From Phaeosaccion multiseriatum (lineage: Eukaryota > Protista > Ochrophyta, other classes), in contig OZ218953.1 of NCBI GenBank assembly GCA_965112735.1, positions 3,844,001 through 3,908,000 on the forward strand: 64,000 bases of DNA. Reading direction: 5' to 3'. The position numbers and the translations under genes are program-made. Below the pieces are notes generated by a model. It ran no database searches. It had not been told where the DNA came from and saw nothing but the letters and a program-made list of their open reading frames with translations. Shown piece after piece: positions 24,445 through 37,500 of this stretch. The first letter of the stretch is position 1; each line of letters starts with the position of its first letter.

Positions 24445-25364
24445 ATGCACACGGATCACAAGCATCTGTTCGTTCGGGGTAAGATTTCCTTCCTTTTTTT
24501 TTGCTTGCACTTGCAGCCCTCTGCTCTTTAACGGCACCGATCGATTGACCGTAAATGGACACGTATCGTCTCACCTTGCTCTCCTCGCTGGAATGTGCTA
24601 CTTTTCCGATGCATTATTTATGTGGCCGAACAAACCTCGCCGTTGAGACTTTAATCCTAACTCAGGGCCTCCTCCCTCTCTTTGTAGGCTTGCGGGCCTA
24701 CGCACAGGCCATGAGCACTCGCCACTTTGATACTGACCGTCGGCAGATCGGCCTCAAGACGTTGGTGACCATCGCCTTGTCTGAGGGCCCTGTGTACACC
24801 CACAGGGCAGCGAGGCAGCTAGACGGGGTTGGAGAAGCGATGGAGGATGTCCTTAAGCAGATTGGAGCTGAACGCAGGTACTCTCTCGAACCTCACGTCC
24901 GGCCTGGCGCGTTCTCCTCCGCGGCTGTCGCTCTATTGGTTGCCCTACTGAACTTCACGGAGGAGAATGGTGGGGTGGGAGCTGGGAAGCAGGTGTACAT
25001 GGGGCAGAGGGGCCTTCTCGAAGCAACAGAACGCATCTACGAGGCTCGCTTCAGCGATCTCGTTAAGGACCCTCAGCCGGGCCAGGCCCGGGCGGGCTGC
25101 GTGAGCTTTGACCAACTCTCGATCCTCACGAGTCGCGGTCTCACCAAGAAGCGTTCAGTGAAGAAATCGCCTGTGTACGAGCTTCTCCCGAAAGGCGCAA
25201 CAGTGGCGCGAAGAATGAAGATGAGTGCCGGACAGCCTCTCGTGACTGGGCGCATCATTGAGGGCTTCGCCGACGCTGCTGCTGCTGCTGCGGCATTTGC
25301 ACTCAGAGGCGATGCTCCTGGGGGGGCACCCCTGCAACAGCACCAGCACCACCACCAGCACCAA

Positions 25365-25395
<31 letters not shown>

Positions 25396-28300
25396 GGCAG
25401 CGGCAGCGCATTGAGGGACCGCGTGGCCGTTATCGCGACCACAATCGCTACGAAGTCGTGCTGCAGATTGACGATCGGGAGGTGGGTGGGGGGGGTGGGG
25501 GGAGGGCAGTGCTTTATAATACCCACAACACATACTCGGAGCTTTGTGCCATCTGTGTTTTCATTGCGCATGCGTCCATCTCCCCATCTCCCATCCATTG
25601 CCATCCACACCCACACGCACACAATGCCATCCACACACTCACATCCACACGCTCCCATCCACTGCCATCCACTCTCAGCGCGGGGGGGAGCGTCACCACC
25701 TCCACGACTTGGGAGCCGTTTACCGGCAGGAGAACATCAACTTCGAAATGGCCAAACTAGGCGTGGGGGACTATCGCTGGATCATTCGGGAGACCCACTC
25801 ACGGCGGCCCGTTCTGAGGCTGCCTCTCGTGGTCGAGCGTAAGAGCCGTGTTGGTGCGTTTCTGGATCACTCCCCGCTTTCGTCGGAGCACTACGCACAA
25901 CTCTCTAACTGCCCCTCTTATCTTGCTGCTTGCTCTGGTGTGTTCCTTCCCTTGTTCTTCGCAGATGTAGCCGAAAGTCTGATTGATGGGAGATGGAATC
26001 GCCAGAAAGTGGAAATGGTACAGATGGGCTACGACATCGAGAAGGAAGCGCTGGAGGAGTGTAAGCTGCGCTATCTGATTGAAGGTGACCCTCGCCGTGC
26101 CAATCGCTTCCGGTGCAACTGTGGAAGAGGCTGCTTTGTGAGGTGTGGCCCTACCCAACCCACCGACACCGATGTGAACGAGGCCGTGGCGGGGCTCAAG
26201 GACGAGGGCTTTCAGGTGGCCACCACCCTCACCCTTCACGGAACGGCCAGGTACATGGCCAACGCCACCCGAGAGCTCGAGATTGCTTGGATCGGTGAGA
26301 GAGTCCCTCCTCCCCAGCCGGTGCATGCAGCTCCACTCGCTGCCGGAGAGGCCGTACGAGGCCGTGCCGTACTTTCTCCTGCAGGAGCTGCAGCTTTGGC
26401 CAGGGAAAATGCTGCTGCCGCTGCCGCTGCCGCTGCCAATGCAAATGCCGATGCAGGCGTTGCTGTTGGCGTGGGGGCGGGCACAAGGGGTGGGAGACAA
26501 GCCGCGGGGAGGGGGGGAGCGGCCGTTCGACCCCCGCCGCGCCCGCAGGTAACACCTGCCCGGGCTACTGCTGCACCTACTCGTGCTCCTGCCCCTGCCT
26601 CTTCCCGTGCCGGAGCGCATCGGGCTATGCCCGCAGGTGCTGTGGCGGCAGGAGGAGCAGCGAGAGAAGTGCACGTGCAAGATCTTTGTTCGTCGAGCGA
26701 CGAGGAGGAGGAGATTGTGCCAGTCACGCAAGATGCGTCCTTGAGACAAGGCAGGACTGGAGAGGCGGGAGATGGAAGTGACACGGATCTCGACTTGATG
26801 GGTGACGACGACGACGAGAACGAGGTGGAGGAGGAGGAGGATGGAGGAGAGCAAGGAGGGGGACCCAGGGCCGGGGCCGGAGCCGGGGCCGCTGACCCAC
26901 CAGACTTTGTGGACGTCGTGGACATGATTAGCGATGATGACACGACACAACCGCCGAAAGGCGCTCGCTCCGCTGGATCTAAAGGTACAGAACAGGAAGC
27001 GAGAGGGGCGGCGAGCTCTCCTGCGGCGGCGGCAGCAATGGAGGGAGGTGTTGGCAAGGCCGGGCATGAGGTGATCGAGCTCAGCGACAGTGATGAGGAC
27101 GATGTCGGTTTCGTGGGTGCTCCGCCTCTAGCCGCTGCTGCTCCTGCTGCTCCTGCTGCTCCTGCTGCTGCTGCTGCTGTTACCGCTGCTCCTGCTGATT
27201 TTGTAGATGACAGTGACGAGGAGTTTGCTGCCCTGGTCGCGACCACAACTTCCTTTCGACACAAGAGGCCACGGGAGGGAGACGGAGAGGCGGGCGGGCG
27301 GCGGGCAAGAGAAGGGGAAGACTTGCCGCCAATGGAAAGACAGGAGAGGGAGCAGGGAGGAGGGGATCTTCGTGATGCTGGCCAGCAGCAGCAGCAGCAG
27401 CAACACGAGGAAGAGGAGGAGGAGGAGGAGGAGGAGGAGGAGGAGGAGGAGGAGGAGGCGGTTCGTCGTCCGATGAAAGTTAAGGATCTCAAGGCGGTAC
27501 TCAAAGCCTGTGACCTGCGCACATCTGGCAACAAAGCAGAACTGTTGGCACGGTGGGGGCGGATGGAGAGTAACGCGACCGTTCCAGAGGATCACGTGGG
27601 TGGTAGGAGGAGAGCTGAAGCAGCCGCAGCCGGGCATGACGCTGCAGGGGCTGGTGCTGCGGCCGGACCCCCTCCACCTCCGCGCGTCACAGTCGCGAGC
27701 CTGAAAGCCGAGTGCGCAGCGAGGGGCGAGATAACGAGTGGCAACAAGGCTGAGCTCGAAGAGCGCCTCTTACTGCCTCGAAGGCCGCAGCTGCTTGTGG
27801 ATCGAGCCTTGGCCAACCCTAAGCTCTATGTGCCGAGGGACCGCTCCTGCCTGTTTGCCTTGCTCTGCGTGTTCGACCGAGAGGCCAGGAAGGCTCCTCC
27901 CAGGCTGGCCTTCACCAAACAGGAGCTCATCGTCATGTCTGAGGCCAGTGGCATTTTGAGTGAGGTGAGAGGGCCTTGACGCTTGAAAGGTTGAAATGTT
28001 CTCCTTCGGACTCCTTCGGAGTTGTGGTAACCGTATTCACCTCTTATGTTTGTGCCCCGCCTGGCGCCGCTCCTTCTTTTTCTCAGGACAACTCCATGTT
28101 CCCCAGGGAAGAGAACCCTCACTATGACGGGTGGTCCCTCGCCAACAAGAATCTGCTCGCCTCCACTGTGACTGAGGCCTCGCTCATGGCTAGGATTGGC
28201 CGCCAACGACCTGCCAGGTGAGCGCCCCTCCTCCCCAGTCCCACGTGCCACTTGCCACGCGTGCACTGATACTCAAACTCTCTCGTACAAGTGCTGCATC

Positions 28301-28496
28301 TTCTCAAGCCTCTCTCTCTGTCTCTTGTCTCCCTCTCTCTCTCTCTCTGTGACTCTTGTCTCCCCCGCCTCCCCTCACCTTTAGGTACCAGCTCACCGAT
28401 CACGCCTACGGGACGTCGGGGAGGCGGCTGGCCGAGGCCATCCACGCACACTCCCACCTCCGGGGCTTTTGCTCATGTGCATACCCCCCTCCCTGA
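24445..28496 (+). CDS. Mus81-like ERCC4 structure-specific endonuclease with winged-helix, two SAP and a second winged-helix domain
   Basis: Spliced nuclease motifs VVLQIDDRE, LGVGDYRW, VVERKSRV|DVAESLIDGRWNRQK, YLIEG. N-terminal WH-like segment (SAAVALLVALL..YELLPKG). SAP motifs MKVKDLKAVLKACDLRTSGNKAELLARW and TVASLKAECAARGEITSGNKAELEERLL. C-terminal YVPRDRSCLFALL..FTKQELI..YDGWS..YQLT. Exon phases are consistent from ATG 24445 to TGA 28494-96. Confidence 0.8.
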
Positions 28497-28791
28497 GTCC
28501 CGTCCCAGCCCTCTGCTCATGTACACACACACACACACACACGCCCTCAGTCTTATCCAGCCCTCTGTTCATTCATGTACACACACACACACACACACTT
28601 AAGTCTCATCCAGCCTTCTTCTCTTATTCACATATCCACCCTCTGAGACCAGCCCCGTTTTGTAATTACGTACTTTATGCTGTGTGTGGCAAAAGGAGAG
28701 AAGAGCTGAGCGTGAGCGCAGGCTGCAAGTGTCGCCAACAACCGTTACTAACTTGAATTTTCATTGAAAAGACCCGGTTAAATGACCCTAC

Positions 28792-30304
28792 CTAACTTAC
28801 AAGACAGCTACCGTGTGCTGGCCTTTCCTTGCCCAACATCTTTGCCTCCTCCTTGAGGCCTGTCGCCAGGCTCCTGACAAGCTCCTCCTCCCCCACCATC
28901 TCAATCTCCATCTCCTCATCGAGGTTGGCCTCTTTTCGCCACTCGTACAGATGATCAAGGAATTGACCTCGATCTGCGTTGCTGAGGTACTCGATCCAAG
29001 CGTAGCCCTCTGAGGTCTGACGAGGCATGGACCAAGAGTGTGGTGTGGGGGATAGAGCCAGTCAAAAGAGGGCGACATCGAAGGGAGGGAGCAGCGGTTG
29101 CGGGGGGAAGGGGGGGGGGGAGGGCAAGGAATTTCCAATCAGTAAAGACGACGCCTACTACTACTACTGCTCCTGCTGCTACTACTGCTGCTGCCACACC
29201 TCTCACCGAGGACAACACAATGGAACAAGGGGCTTGCTTGGAATGCCCTTCCAATGCCCAAGGTACTACTTAAAGGCCTACCTATACACGCACCTGGAGA
29301 CACAAGTCCGCTCTCCTCTTGGCGACGGAGGCGCCCCCCCCAACCTCTGTAGTGTCGAAGGGCAACGAAACCACCTTAATATCCTCGGGTCTGATTCGAG
29401 AGATGACTAGGAGGTTCGAGATGAAAGCCGCCGAGGTCGACATTGGCTCAGACGTATCGGCACTCCGCGATGATGGTGGCGCCCTTGGGCTCCGTACTAG
29501 TGACGCCATCATAGCCATCGGGCCCTCCTCCTCCCCTGCTACTTGCTCCTCCCCTTCTGTGCTTCCCTTTGGTGGGGGTGGAGGAGGTGGTGGTGGCGGT
29601 GATCGTTGCGGGACCATGCTGGAGTGCCGCCTGCCCTGTCCATTCGCCCACTGCACACACGCCAAGGCGTCTGCTGCAGATCTGTGAAGTACTTCCACTA
29701 TATACAATGCCTTGTCGGTGATAAGCAGCGCGTGCCGTACCCTGGCCACCGAGTCCGAAGAGGCCGCCAATGGCCCGCTCACGTCCTTATTCCCATCAAG
29801 ACCGCCCCCTCTTGCCCCTTGATTATCCTGCTTCCGGAAGTATGTCGTGGACGAGGCAAGAGAGCTGCGTCGATACTTACCGGCCCCGGTATTACGAGGA
29901 GGGGGCGTTGCGTCCGCCTCTAGGGAAGATGTCTCCGCGGCAGTAGACGACCCGTTCGAAGGAGTTGGAGACGATATACTTGCCACGTCAATCTGTCTCA
30001 GACAGCTTGAGACGTACCCAGCTTGCCAGAGCTCTTCCTGGCTGGTGTATTCCTGGCCCCAGCCAGCGCGGAGCACGGCTTGGCGGAGCAAGGGATGACG
30101 GAAGGTCTCAAACCTCTCCTCTCCCACCTTCTCCTTTCTCTGGGAGCTCACGCTTCTTTCCAGTACCTTCTCCCACAAGCTCTGTCGCATACTATCCCTC
30201 TGCAAATTCGATGGGGACTTAGTGCCATTGATTTTGCTGCTGCCCTCCCGCCCAAGTTGCGCAGGGGGGTGGATACTATCTTCCTCCTCCTCCCTCGGCT
30301 CCTC

Positions 30305-30356
<52 letters not shown>

Positions 30357-30583
30357 GGCTGTACCTCCCCCTCCCCCCGCTCCTGCTGCTGGGTCTGCTG
30401 CTGCTGCTCCTGCTGCTTCTGTACCCCCCCCTCTACCTCCTGCGTCTTACTCTCCTCTCCTCCAGGTGCTATTCCCTCTTCTCTGGGGTCGAACTCAAAA
30501 ACCTCTTTAGCTTTCCTCGTGCGGTTGCCGCCCCGAAACATCGAGGAAAGCCGGGAGCGGCGTCGTCCCTTCTCAGGGGACAT
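28792..30583 (-). CDS. Hypothetical protein with poly-Q and a possible TH1/PH-like domain
   Basis: Long exon MSPEKGRRR.. containing RHALLITDKALYIVE and ISRIRPEDIKVVSL, reminiscent of myosin-TH1/PH strands. Terminal exon ..YAWIEYLSNADRGQFLDHL... Confidence 0.5.
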
Positions 30584-30868
30584 TGTTGGGATTGAGTGCA
30601 AGCGCTGCGTGTCCTTAGCAAGTCGCTAGACGCTTATCGCACCCACTGCGATTGGATTGTGGGTAAGCGGGCGTGTTGGTTGTTTGTCCGAGGAACTCAC
30701 AGGTTGTCCTTGTACTTCCCTGTGCCTCTGCTCTCCTTCTCTCCCTTCCTCTCTGTTCTCTCTCTCTCTCGGGTCCTCAGCAATCGGCTCCCCTGCGCTA
30801 TGACCTTGATCAGAAAAGGTTCTGCGACAGAGAGAGGCTCTGAGGCTGGTGTCAGTCCCTTTCCCTTG

Positions 30869-33800
30869 ATGAATATGTTGCAAAGGAGAGTCACGACAGC
30901 TGCAGCAGCTCTTTTGCTCTGCTCCTCCCTGCAAGGCGGGGAGGCTTTCACTGCAACTATCTCGCGCTGTGGAAGGAAAGCATTGGAGCACCGGTCGAGA
31001 GGCGCTGCCCGTATAAGCTCTCCAGCCACGGGTCTGTGCCACGGCAGAAAGAGGCGCCTACACATGAGCTCCACCACCAGCAGCAGTAGCAGCGCCTTAG
31101 AGCAGGAGGAGGAGGAATTTGACGTTGTGGTTATTGGTTCGGGTATTGGGGGCTTGTCTGGCGCGGGTCTGGCTGCAACTTACGGCTATAGAGTGGCAGT
31201 TTGCGAGAGCCACTACCTCGCCGGAGGCGTGTGCCACAGGTATGTGACGAGCAAGGCTTGTCCTTAAAGGAAGTGCCCGTCGCACCCTCGCTCCAATGGT
31301 ATCCCGCCGCCCCTCTCTTACATTGCCGCGCAATCCGACCCACCGGCCTTGCCCCTACCCTCCCCAAATGCTTGGGCTGCTTGCTCAGCTTCGAAATTGA
31401 CGGCTACAAATTCGATGCCGGGCCCTCGCTGTGGGCGGGGATGGGTGAGAGCAGCACAAACCCCCTTCGACAGGTGCTGGACGTTACGGGGGCCGCCAAG
31501 GAGCTGGATTGGATATCGTATGATGGCTGGGGAATGCACATTCCTGAAGGCTACTTTCGCTTCAAAGTCGGGCCCGGCGTCTTTGAGGATGTGCTGCGCC
31601 AGTACGGAGGAGAGAAGGATGTTATGGCGTGGCGACTTCTCAACGATGCGATGAGGCCACTCCTTCAAGCTGGTGAGTCAGGCGGAGGCGTAGCTGCGCG
31701 CTGCTTCATCTCTTCCTTTCAGGCAACGAACTTGAGCTTGACCTCGAGTCTCGACCCTCTTGACTCATCTGCCTACCTGCTCCTGCCGTCTCCTTTGCCC
31801 CCGCCCTCGCGCATCTCCCGCCCGCTTCTGCCTCCTCCTTCGCCTTCGCCATCCATCAGCGGTAGCGCTGCCCCCAATGGCCCTCAGGGGAGACCTATTG
31901 GCGGGAGTGACGCTGGTGCCCTACCTTTTTGGAGCCCTCAAAGCCGCTGGTCTGGGGGTTACCAAGCTGGAGAACCCCTTCACTGAGGTCATGGACGGCA
32001 TCGTAGAGGAGGGTAGCTTTCTCTACCACTGGCTGGACTACTTGAGCTTTGCGCTCTCCGGTCTCCCCGCGGCAGGCACGCAGGCGGCCGCTGTCATATA
32101 GTAAGCTTACCGACCCCACAATCAACCCCAGCAAGTCAACCCAGTAACCCACTCCCACAACCCACCCACATGTCGACCCCAGTACCATAGGTGACCTGCA
32201 CCGCCCAGGGTGCAACTTGGATTACCCGGCCGGGGGCGGAGGAGCCGTCATCGATGCCATGGTGAGGGCCATCGAGAGCAAGGGCGGCGAGGTCAAGCTC
32301 AAGACCCACGTTCAGAACATCATCGTCGAGGACGGGGAGGCCAAAGGTGAGGCAGTCGGGCAGATCGGCAGTCAGACAGGCAGTCAGGCAGGCTCGCGTA
32401 TCAGCCGTGTGAGTGCCTTCCCCGTCTTGTTGGCTTCGTCGCACTCCTGCCACCCCCTTCCGTGGGCCACCTCCATAACATGATGTACATACACCCTTTC
32501 CTTCCTCAGTCGATTGTTTTATTACAGCACGTGTACACCTACCTCCTTCTGCTCTCTTCAGGTGTGCTTCTGAAGAACGGAAGAACGATCCGGGCGAAGA
32601 AGGCGGTCATCTCGAATGCCTCCATTTGGGACACTGTCGACAAGCTGCTGCCCTCCGAGCTGGGCCCACAGAGTAGTTGGGGCAAGGACAAGATGGAGAC
32701 GCCAGATACTGGATCTTTCATGCACTTGCATTTGGGCATCGATGCCACTGACTTGGAAGGACTTGACATCCACTACTCCATTGTGGAGTCGTGGGAAGAG
32801 GCGAGTTACTGTGGCCTTCGTATTATCATCTTCTGACCCTCTCTCTCTTTTCATCTTCTCCATCTTATCCCTCTCTCCCCCTTCCCTTGTCTCTTCTACT
32901 GACTTCCATGTTCCCTGCCTGTCTCTCTCTCTCTCTCTCTCTATGTGACTCCCATACATCCCTTCTTCTTTTCGCTGTCGTCCCTCCGCCTGCAGCCCAT
33001 CGACGCACCCATGAACATGTACGTCGCCGAGGGAAGGGGGAGGGGTGTGAATGAGAAGGTCAAGGCCGTGGAAGGGGAGGAGTGAGGGACAAGGCTATGG
33101 AACAAGGCGGGGGTGCAGTAGGGCGAGGCTTTCCCCAAGACAGAGGGTCGAGAGAGGGGCAGGCCGTTCCGCAGCCCTCTCTTCCCCTCTCAATCTCCCT
33201 CATTCCCTCCCTAGGTAGATCGATCCTCGACCTTGTGCCTCGCCCCAGTGGCGGCATTTGAGCCTCACTCACTCCGCTGCCCCGATTGACCTTGTTCCCC
33301 AACCTCGTCCCCTCACCCCACCCTTCCACGGCCTTTGACCTGCTCACCCACACTGGTTCCAGGTTTATCGTGAGCATCCCTACGGTGCTCGACCCATCTC
33401 TCGCCCCTCCGGGGAAGCACCTAGTGCATATCTATACCGCGGGTAACGAGCCCTTCTCTCTCTGGGAGGGGCTCAAGAGAGGCTCCAGCGAGTACAAGGC
33501 TCTCAAGAAGGAGAGAGCAGAGTACATGTGGAAGGCCCTGGAGAGAATCATCCCAGACATCAGGAAGAGGACTGAAGTGGAGCTTGTGGGGTCCCCACTA
33601 ACCCATCAGTACTTCAATAGGTGTGTATGAGTATTGAATTGAATCGCAATTGCAATTGGATGGATGGATGTCGTGCCACCCTACGTATTTTCTTTTGCCT
33701 TCTCTATGCAATGGAGTCCTAACTGTCTGAACGGATGGCCGCCAGCCGTCGGATCTTTCACGTGTTAAACCTACTGCAACCGTGATGATGGATCGTCTTA

Positions 33801-34071
33801 CCACCCACAACAAACACACAGGAGGTTCAAGGGTTCGTACGGGCCCGGCAATTGGGCAGGGCGAGAGAAGTTCCCAGGCCCGAAGCTCACTCCCGAGATC
33901 AAGAAGCTCCTCCATTGTGGAGACTCGTGCCTGCCCGGGCTGGGGCTGCCCGCGGTGGCCGCCTCGGGCATGAGTGCCGCCAACACGCTCGTGTCCGTCC
34001 GGCAACAACAAGAGCTCATGGAAGAGATGAGGCGAAAGGGGTTCTTGGTAAACCGCTTTACAGATTTTTAA
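30869..34071 (+). CDS. Plastid-targeted carotenoid isomerase (CRTISO)-like / phytoene dehydrogenase-family FAD oxidoreductase
   Basis: Signal peptide ending GGEA|F followed by a Ser/Arg-rich transit peptide. Rossmann motif DVVVIGSGIGGLSGA..VCESHYLAGG; FDAGPSL; YPAGGGGAVIDAMV; VISNASIWDT; SFMHLHLGIDA; SIPTVLDPSLAPPGKH; GSPLTH; GSYGPA; CGDSCLPGLGLPAVAASG. Confidence 0.9.
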
Positions 34072-34502
34072 TTTAGTTTTGTACACGCTTTGTCACTATC
34101 CCTTTGACACACACAGGTTTTCAAAGAGAGAGGAAAGTGTAGGGTGACAGGATAGAACAATAATGAAAGGAGATGTTTGCGTGTGCGTGTTGTGATGCTT
34201 CAGTTTCAGTTTCAGTTTATTACCCGTTGGCACCCCCCTGATACACCCCCGGGGCGGACACTCCAGACCTCCAGATCGTGGACCGGCGCTTGCAGCTTGG
34301 GGCGGTTTGTACGGATACTGCGGCGGATAGCACGTCCTAGTTGGTGCTGCCCGACAGGCATAGCCCGCTGGAAGCCTGCGCTGGGGGTGCTCAAAGTTCA
34401 AAGTATGTCACTAAGTACGCCAGTTGGTGATACGGGTGGGCCTCCTCTCCTCCTCTCCTTGAATGATGCTCCTGTTCTCCCTCGCTCTGCCCTCTCTTCC
34501 TA

Positions 34503-37500
34503 ATGAGTGTATCCTGGAGGGCACTTGCCCTCGTTTTCTTATCATCTACGGCTGCGTTTGTGTTGGGAGTGACGACCCAGCGGCTCCTCCTTCTTCAAAG
34601 GACAGAGAAGACGGACGAGCCCAAGTTGAGCAAGAGGGCGCAGCGTAAGGAGAAGAGAAGGAAGAAAGATGAGGCTGAGAAGAATGGGGATCGCACCGCT
34701 CTTGGCTCTGTCGAGAGTGATTTGGCGAGAATGGAGAAGAAGAGGAGGAAAGCTTTGGAGCGCTCACAGAGCCGCAAAGATTGTGCCCTTGATGAGTTGG
34801 TCAAGAATGCTTCGGACTCCTTGGGTTTATCAACAGCAGTGAGTGAGGGGGTCGAAGGAGATAGAAGCGTTTTTGGGGGCTGGCCTTTCTCTTATCCAAG
34901 CCTTGCAGCGCAACCCCGTGTTCATTGTGAGCGTCGGCGACCCTCCCCCTTCCTCTTTGTTCTCGTCGTCTCCACGCGCCCTTCTTTCCCCTCAGCTCGG
35001 CGATAACAGTTATGAGCAGCTCTTGGTGCTTCCTCGCGAGGTATACCTGGAACACGCTTGCCTGCCTACGCATGCGAAGTGCAAGGGAAAGTTGTTGTCT
35101 CTTGGACGGGTTAGGGAAGTGCTTAAGCAGCAGCAGGGATCAGCGTCGTCGAAGATACTATTCGTAAGCCACAGGTACGGCCAGAGGTATGAGGCGAAGC
35201 TCTTCAGCAGAGAGGTTAAGGCGAAGAGGTGGAGTGAAGCTGTTGCCTTGAATGAGGAGGGCTGCTTCCTACTGACAGAGCGACAGAGCCACATTCTTCT
35301 ATCCCTCAAGCCCTCCCCCCCCCCCTCTCGCAGATGGACGGAGGATGACTTGGCCGATACACAGCAGGGAGCCACCCACAGTATCGTTTCTGAATTCTTG
35401 ACGGAGCACGAGGAGTTTGGATTCGTGTGGATCGACACCGCCAGCGTTGCCAGTCTCGCCGGAGGGAAGGGCGCCGAGGGGGGGCAAGTAACGCAGTCCA
35501 TTTCCGAGCTACATTGCCCTATGTTGGCTCTTCTACGAGCCGACGCCCTCCTTCTTGTGCCGCAGAATGGAGCGGCCGGGCCGAGTTCCGATGGAGGGTA
35601 TGAGGACCTGGAGGGGTGCCTGGCTAGGGCATGGCCAGCGCTGGAGTTCTCGCTGTCCCAGCTGGGCGGAGACTGCCCCGTGCATGTGAGACTGCATGGG
35701 AAGATCCGAACGATGGACCCGGGGTAAGTAAGAGAGGAGAGAAGAGAGCACTCTCCCCTTCTTCCATCCATCCCGCATTTTCGCCGATGCCTCACACCTA
35801 CTTGGCCCGGGCGTTCCCCCTCCCCCCTCTTCCTGCCCACCACTGACTCAGCATGGCTTTCCAGGATTTTGTGCGCGGAGTGGTCGAGGAGGTGGGCTTG
35901 GCAGAGGCGGGAGGGGAAGATGCGTTGAGAAGCAACAATTGGCTGACCGCGAGAGACCCCATGCAAGTAAGTGCGTTGTCTCAGAGTAGGCTCTGATCTG
36001 TGCTGTGTCGCTCCGTCTGCTATCCGAGGGAAGGCGGGGCGTGCCCCATCTTGTCTTAGAGCGGGGAGGCGCACCCACAATGGCCTGCACCTGGCTGTGG
36101 ATATGACTGTGGATCAATCCATACGCAGTTAGACTTTCTGGACAGGCTCTTCATGGGCTGAGATGAACCGGTTCCACCTCCCCTACACCTCCCGATTCCC
36201 CACCCCGCCTCTTTCCCTTGAAAGGTCATGGCCGTCGCGAGAGACGAAGTCATGTCTGTGGGCAGTGCAGAGGAGACACAACGCCTCCTTCGAACCATGC
36301 TGGAGGCCGTAAGTTCCCCTCATGAGAGCAGCCTCGGGAATCGCGGCGATGGGTGTCCTCCCCGCCCCTCTGTTGAGACTTCTGTTGAGACCTCTTTTGA
36401 GCAGGCCTTTCCGGGTACAATCGCAGCGATGAGGAAGGCTGCACGGCCGCGAGACGGCGCGCTTGCGGCGTATCTGCTCCTCTCCGCTGTGTCGTGGACC
36501 AACCTCAAGCCGAAGCTTACCTACACGGACAATGTGGAGTGCCCAAAGGAGGTGAGGAGGACAGGTTCCATTCTCTCTTCAAGGCTCGACCATGAATGGG
36601 AGGACAAACGGCAAAGTGAGTAACTCTGTTGGCCCCTTTCCCCTCCGCCCTCGCAGATGACCTACCAGACCGTCGCGGTGGTGCGCTCCCCTTACAAGGA
36701 GCGCTTTGGGACTCCACGCCAGCCATTCGTGACTGCAGGAGTACTGCAGGGCAGGGAGCTGGAGGGACAGGTGCTGTTTCACAAGGGTCAGGGCTTCGAG
36801 GAGGCCCTCGAGGACTTGGAAGGTGCGTGGGATAAGAGGAGGCGAGAGGGGGCGATGTCAGTGCACGCGCAAGCAAGCACTTGGGGGTGTGGAGCTTGGG
36901 AGAGTTGTGCGGAGGGAAAACACACAATTGATGGGAGGTTTTTCTTGGTATGCATTCTTGTTTTGCCGTGGTCTGTTGTCTCTCTTCTGCCTGTGCTCCT
37001 TGCCTCTGCCTCTGAAGGGTTCGAGTATGTGTGGCTCGTCACGCACATGCACCTCAACAAGGGGTGGAGTCGCAAGGTGCGCCCGCCGCGCCTGCCAGAG
37101 AGGAAGGTGGGGCTCTTCGCCACTCGCTCGCCACACAGACCGAATCCACGTGAGTGTGCGCCTTTTACCCTTTTGGGCTGGCTGCCAACCCCCAGAAGAA
37201 GGGGATACACCGCAGAGGTCAAGTTCTTTCTGTGTGCTGTACAGCGTTGATTGCCCTTGATGCCTACGCTTCCCCCTTGACCCCTGACTCCGTCTCCCTT
37301 CTTCCCACTCTCGCAGTGGCGCTCTCCGCAGTGCGCATAACGTCGGTGGACGCGAGGCAAGGCATCATCAACGTGTCAGGCCTGGACCTCCTGGACGGCA
37401 CGCCCGTGCTGGTGAGACGAATTGCCCGACTTACCTTATTCTATCGCTATCGGCCAACACCTTTGCAGCAGCGGCGTGCTCGACTATCGCCTCAGCACAC

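Noticed and set aside
25799-27637. Large antisense ORFs (422 and 432 aa) over the Mus81-like gene, and similar ones at 9651-10433 and 46922-47830
   Set aside because: Shadow ORFs expected from GC-rich, low-complexity coding sequence; no recognisable motifs.
34227-34395. Third TIR element (TTGGCACCCCC..GGGGGTGCTCAA) with GACCGGCGC and GCGGATAGC fragments
   Set aside because: The inverted match is short and imperfect, with no TSD and no internal array. It could be a decayed relative but is not supportable.
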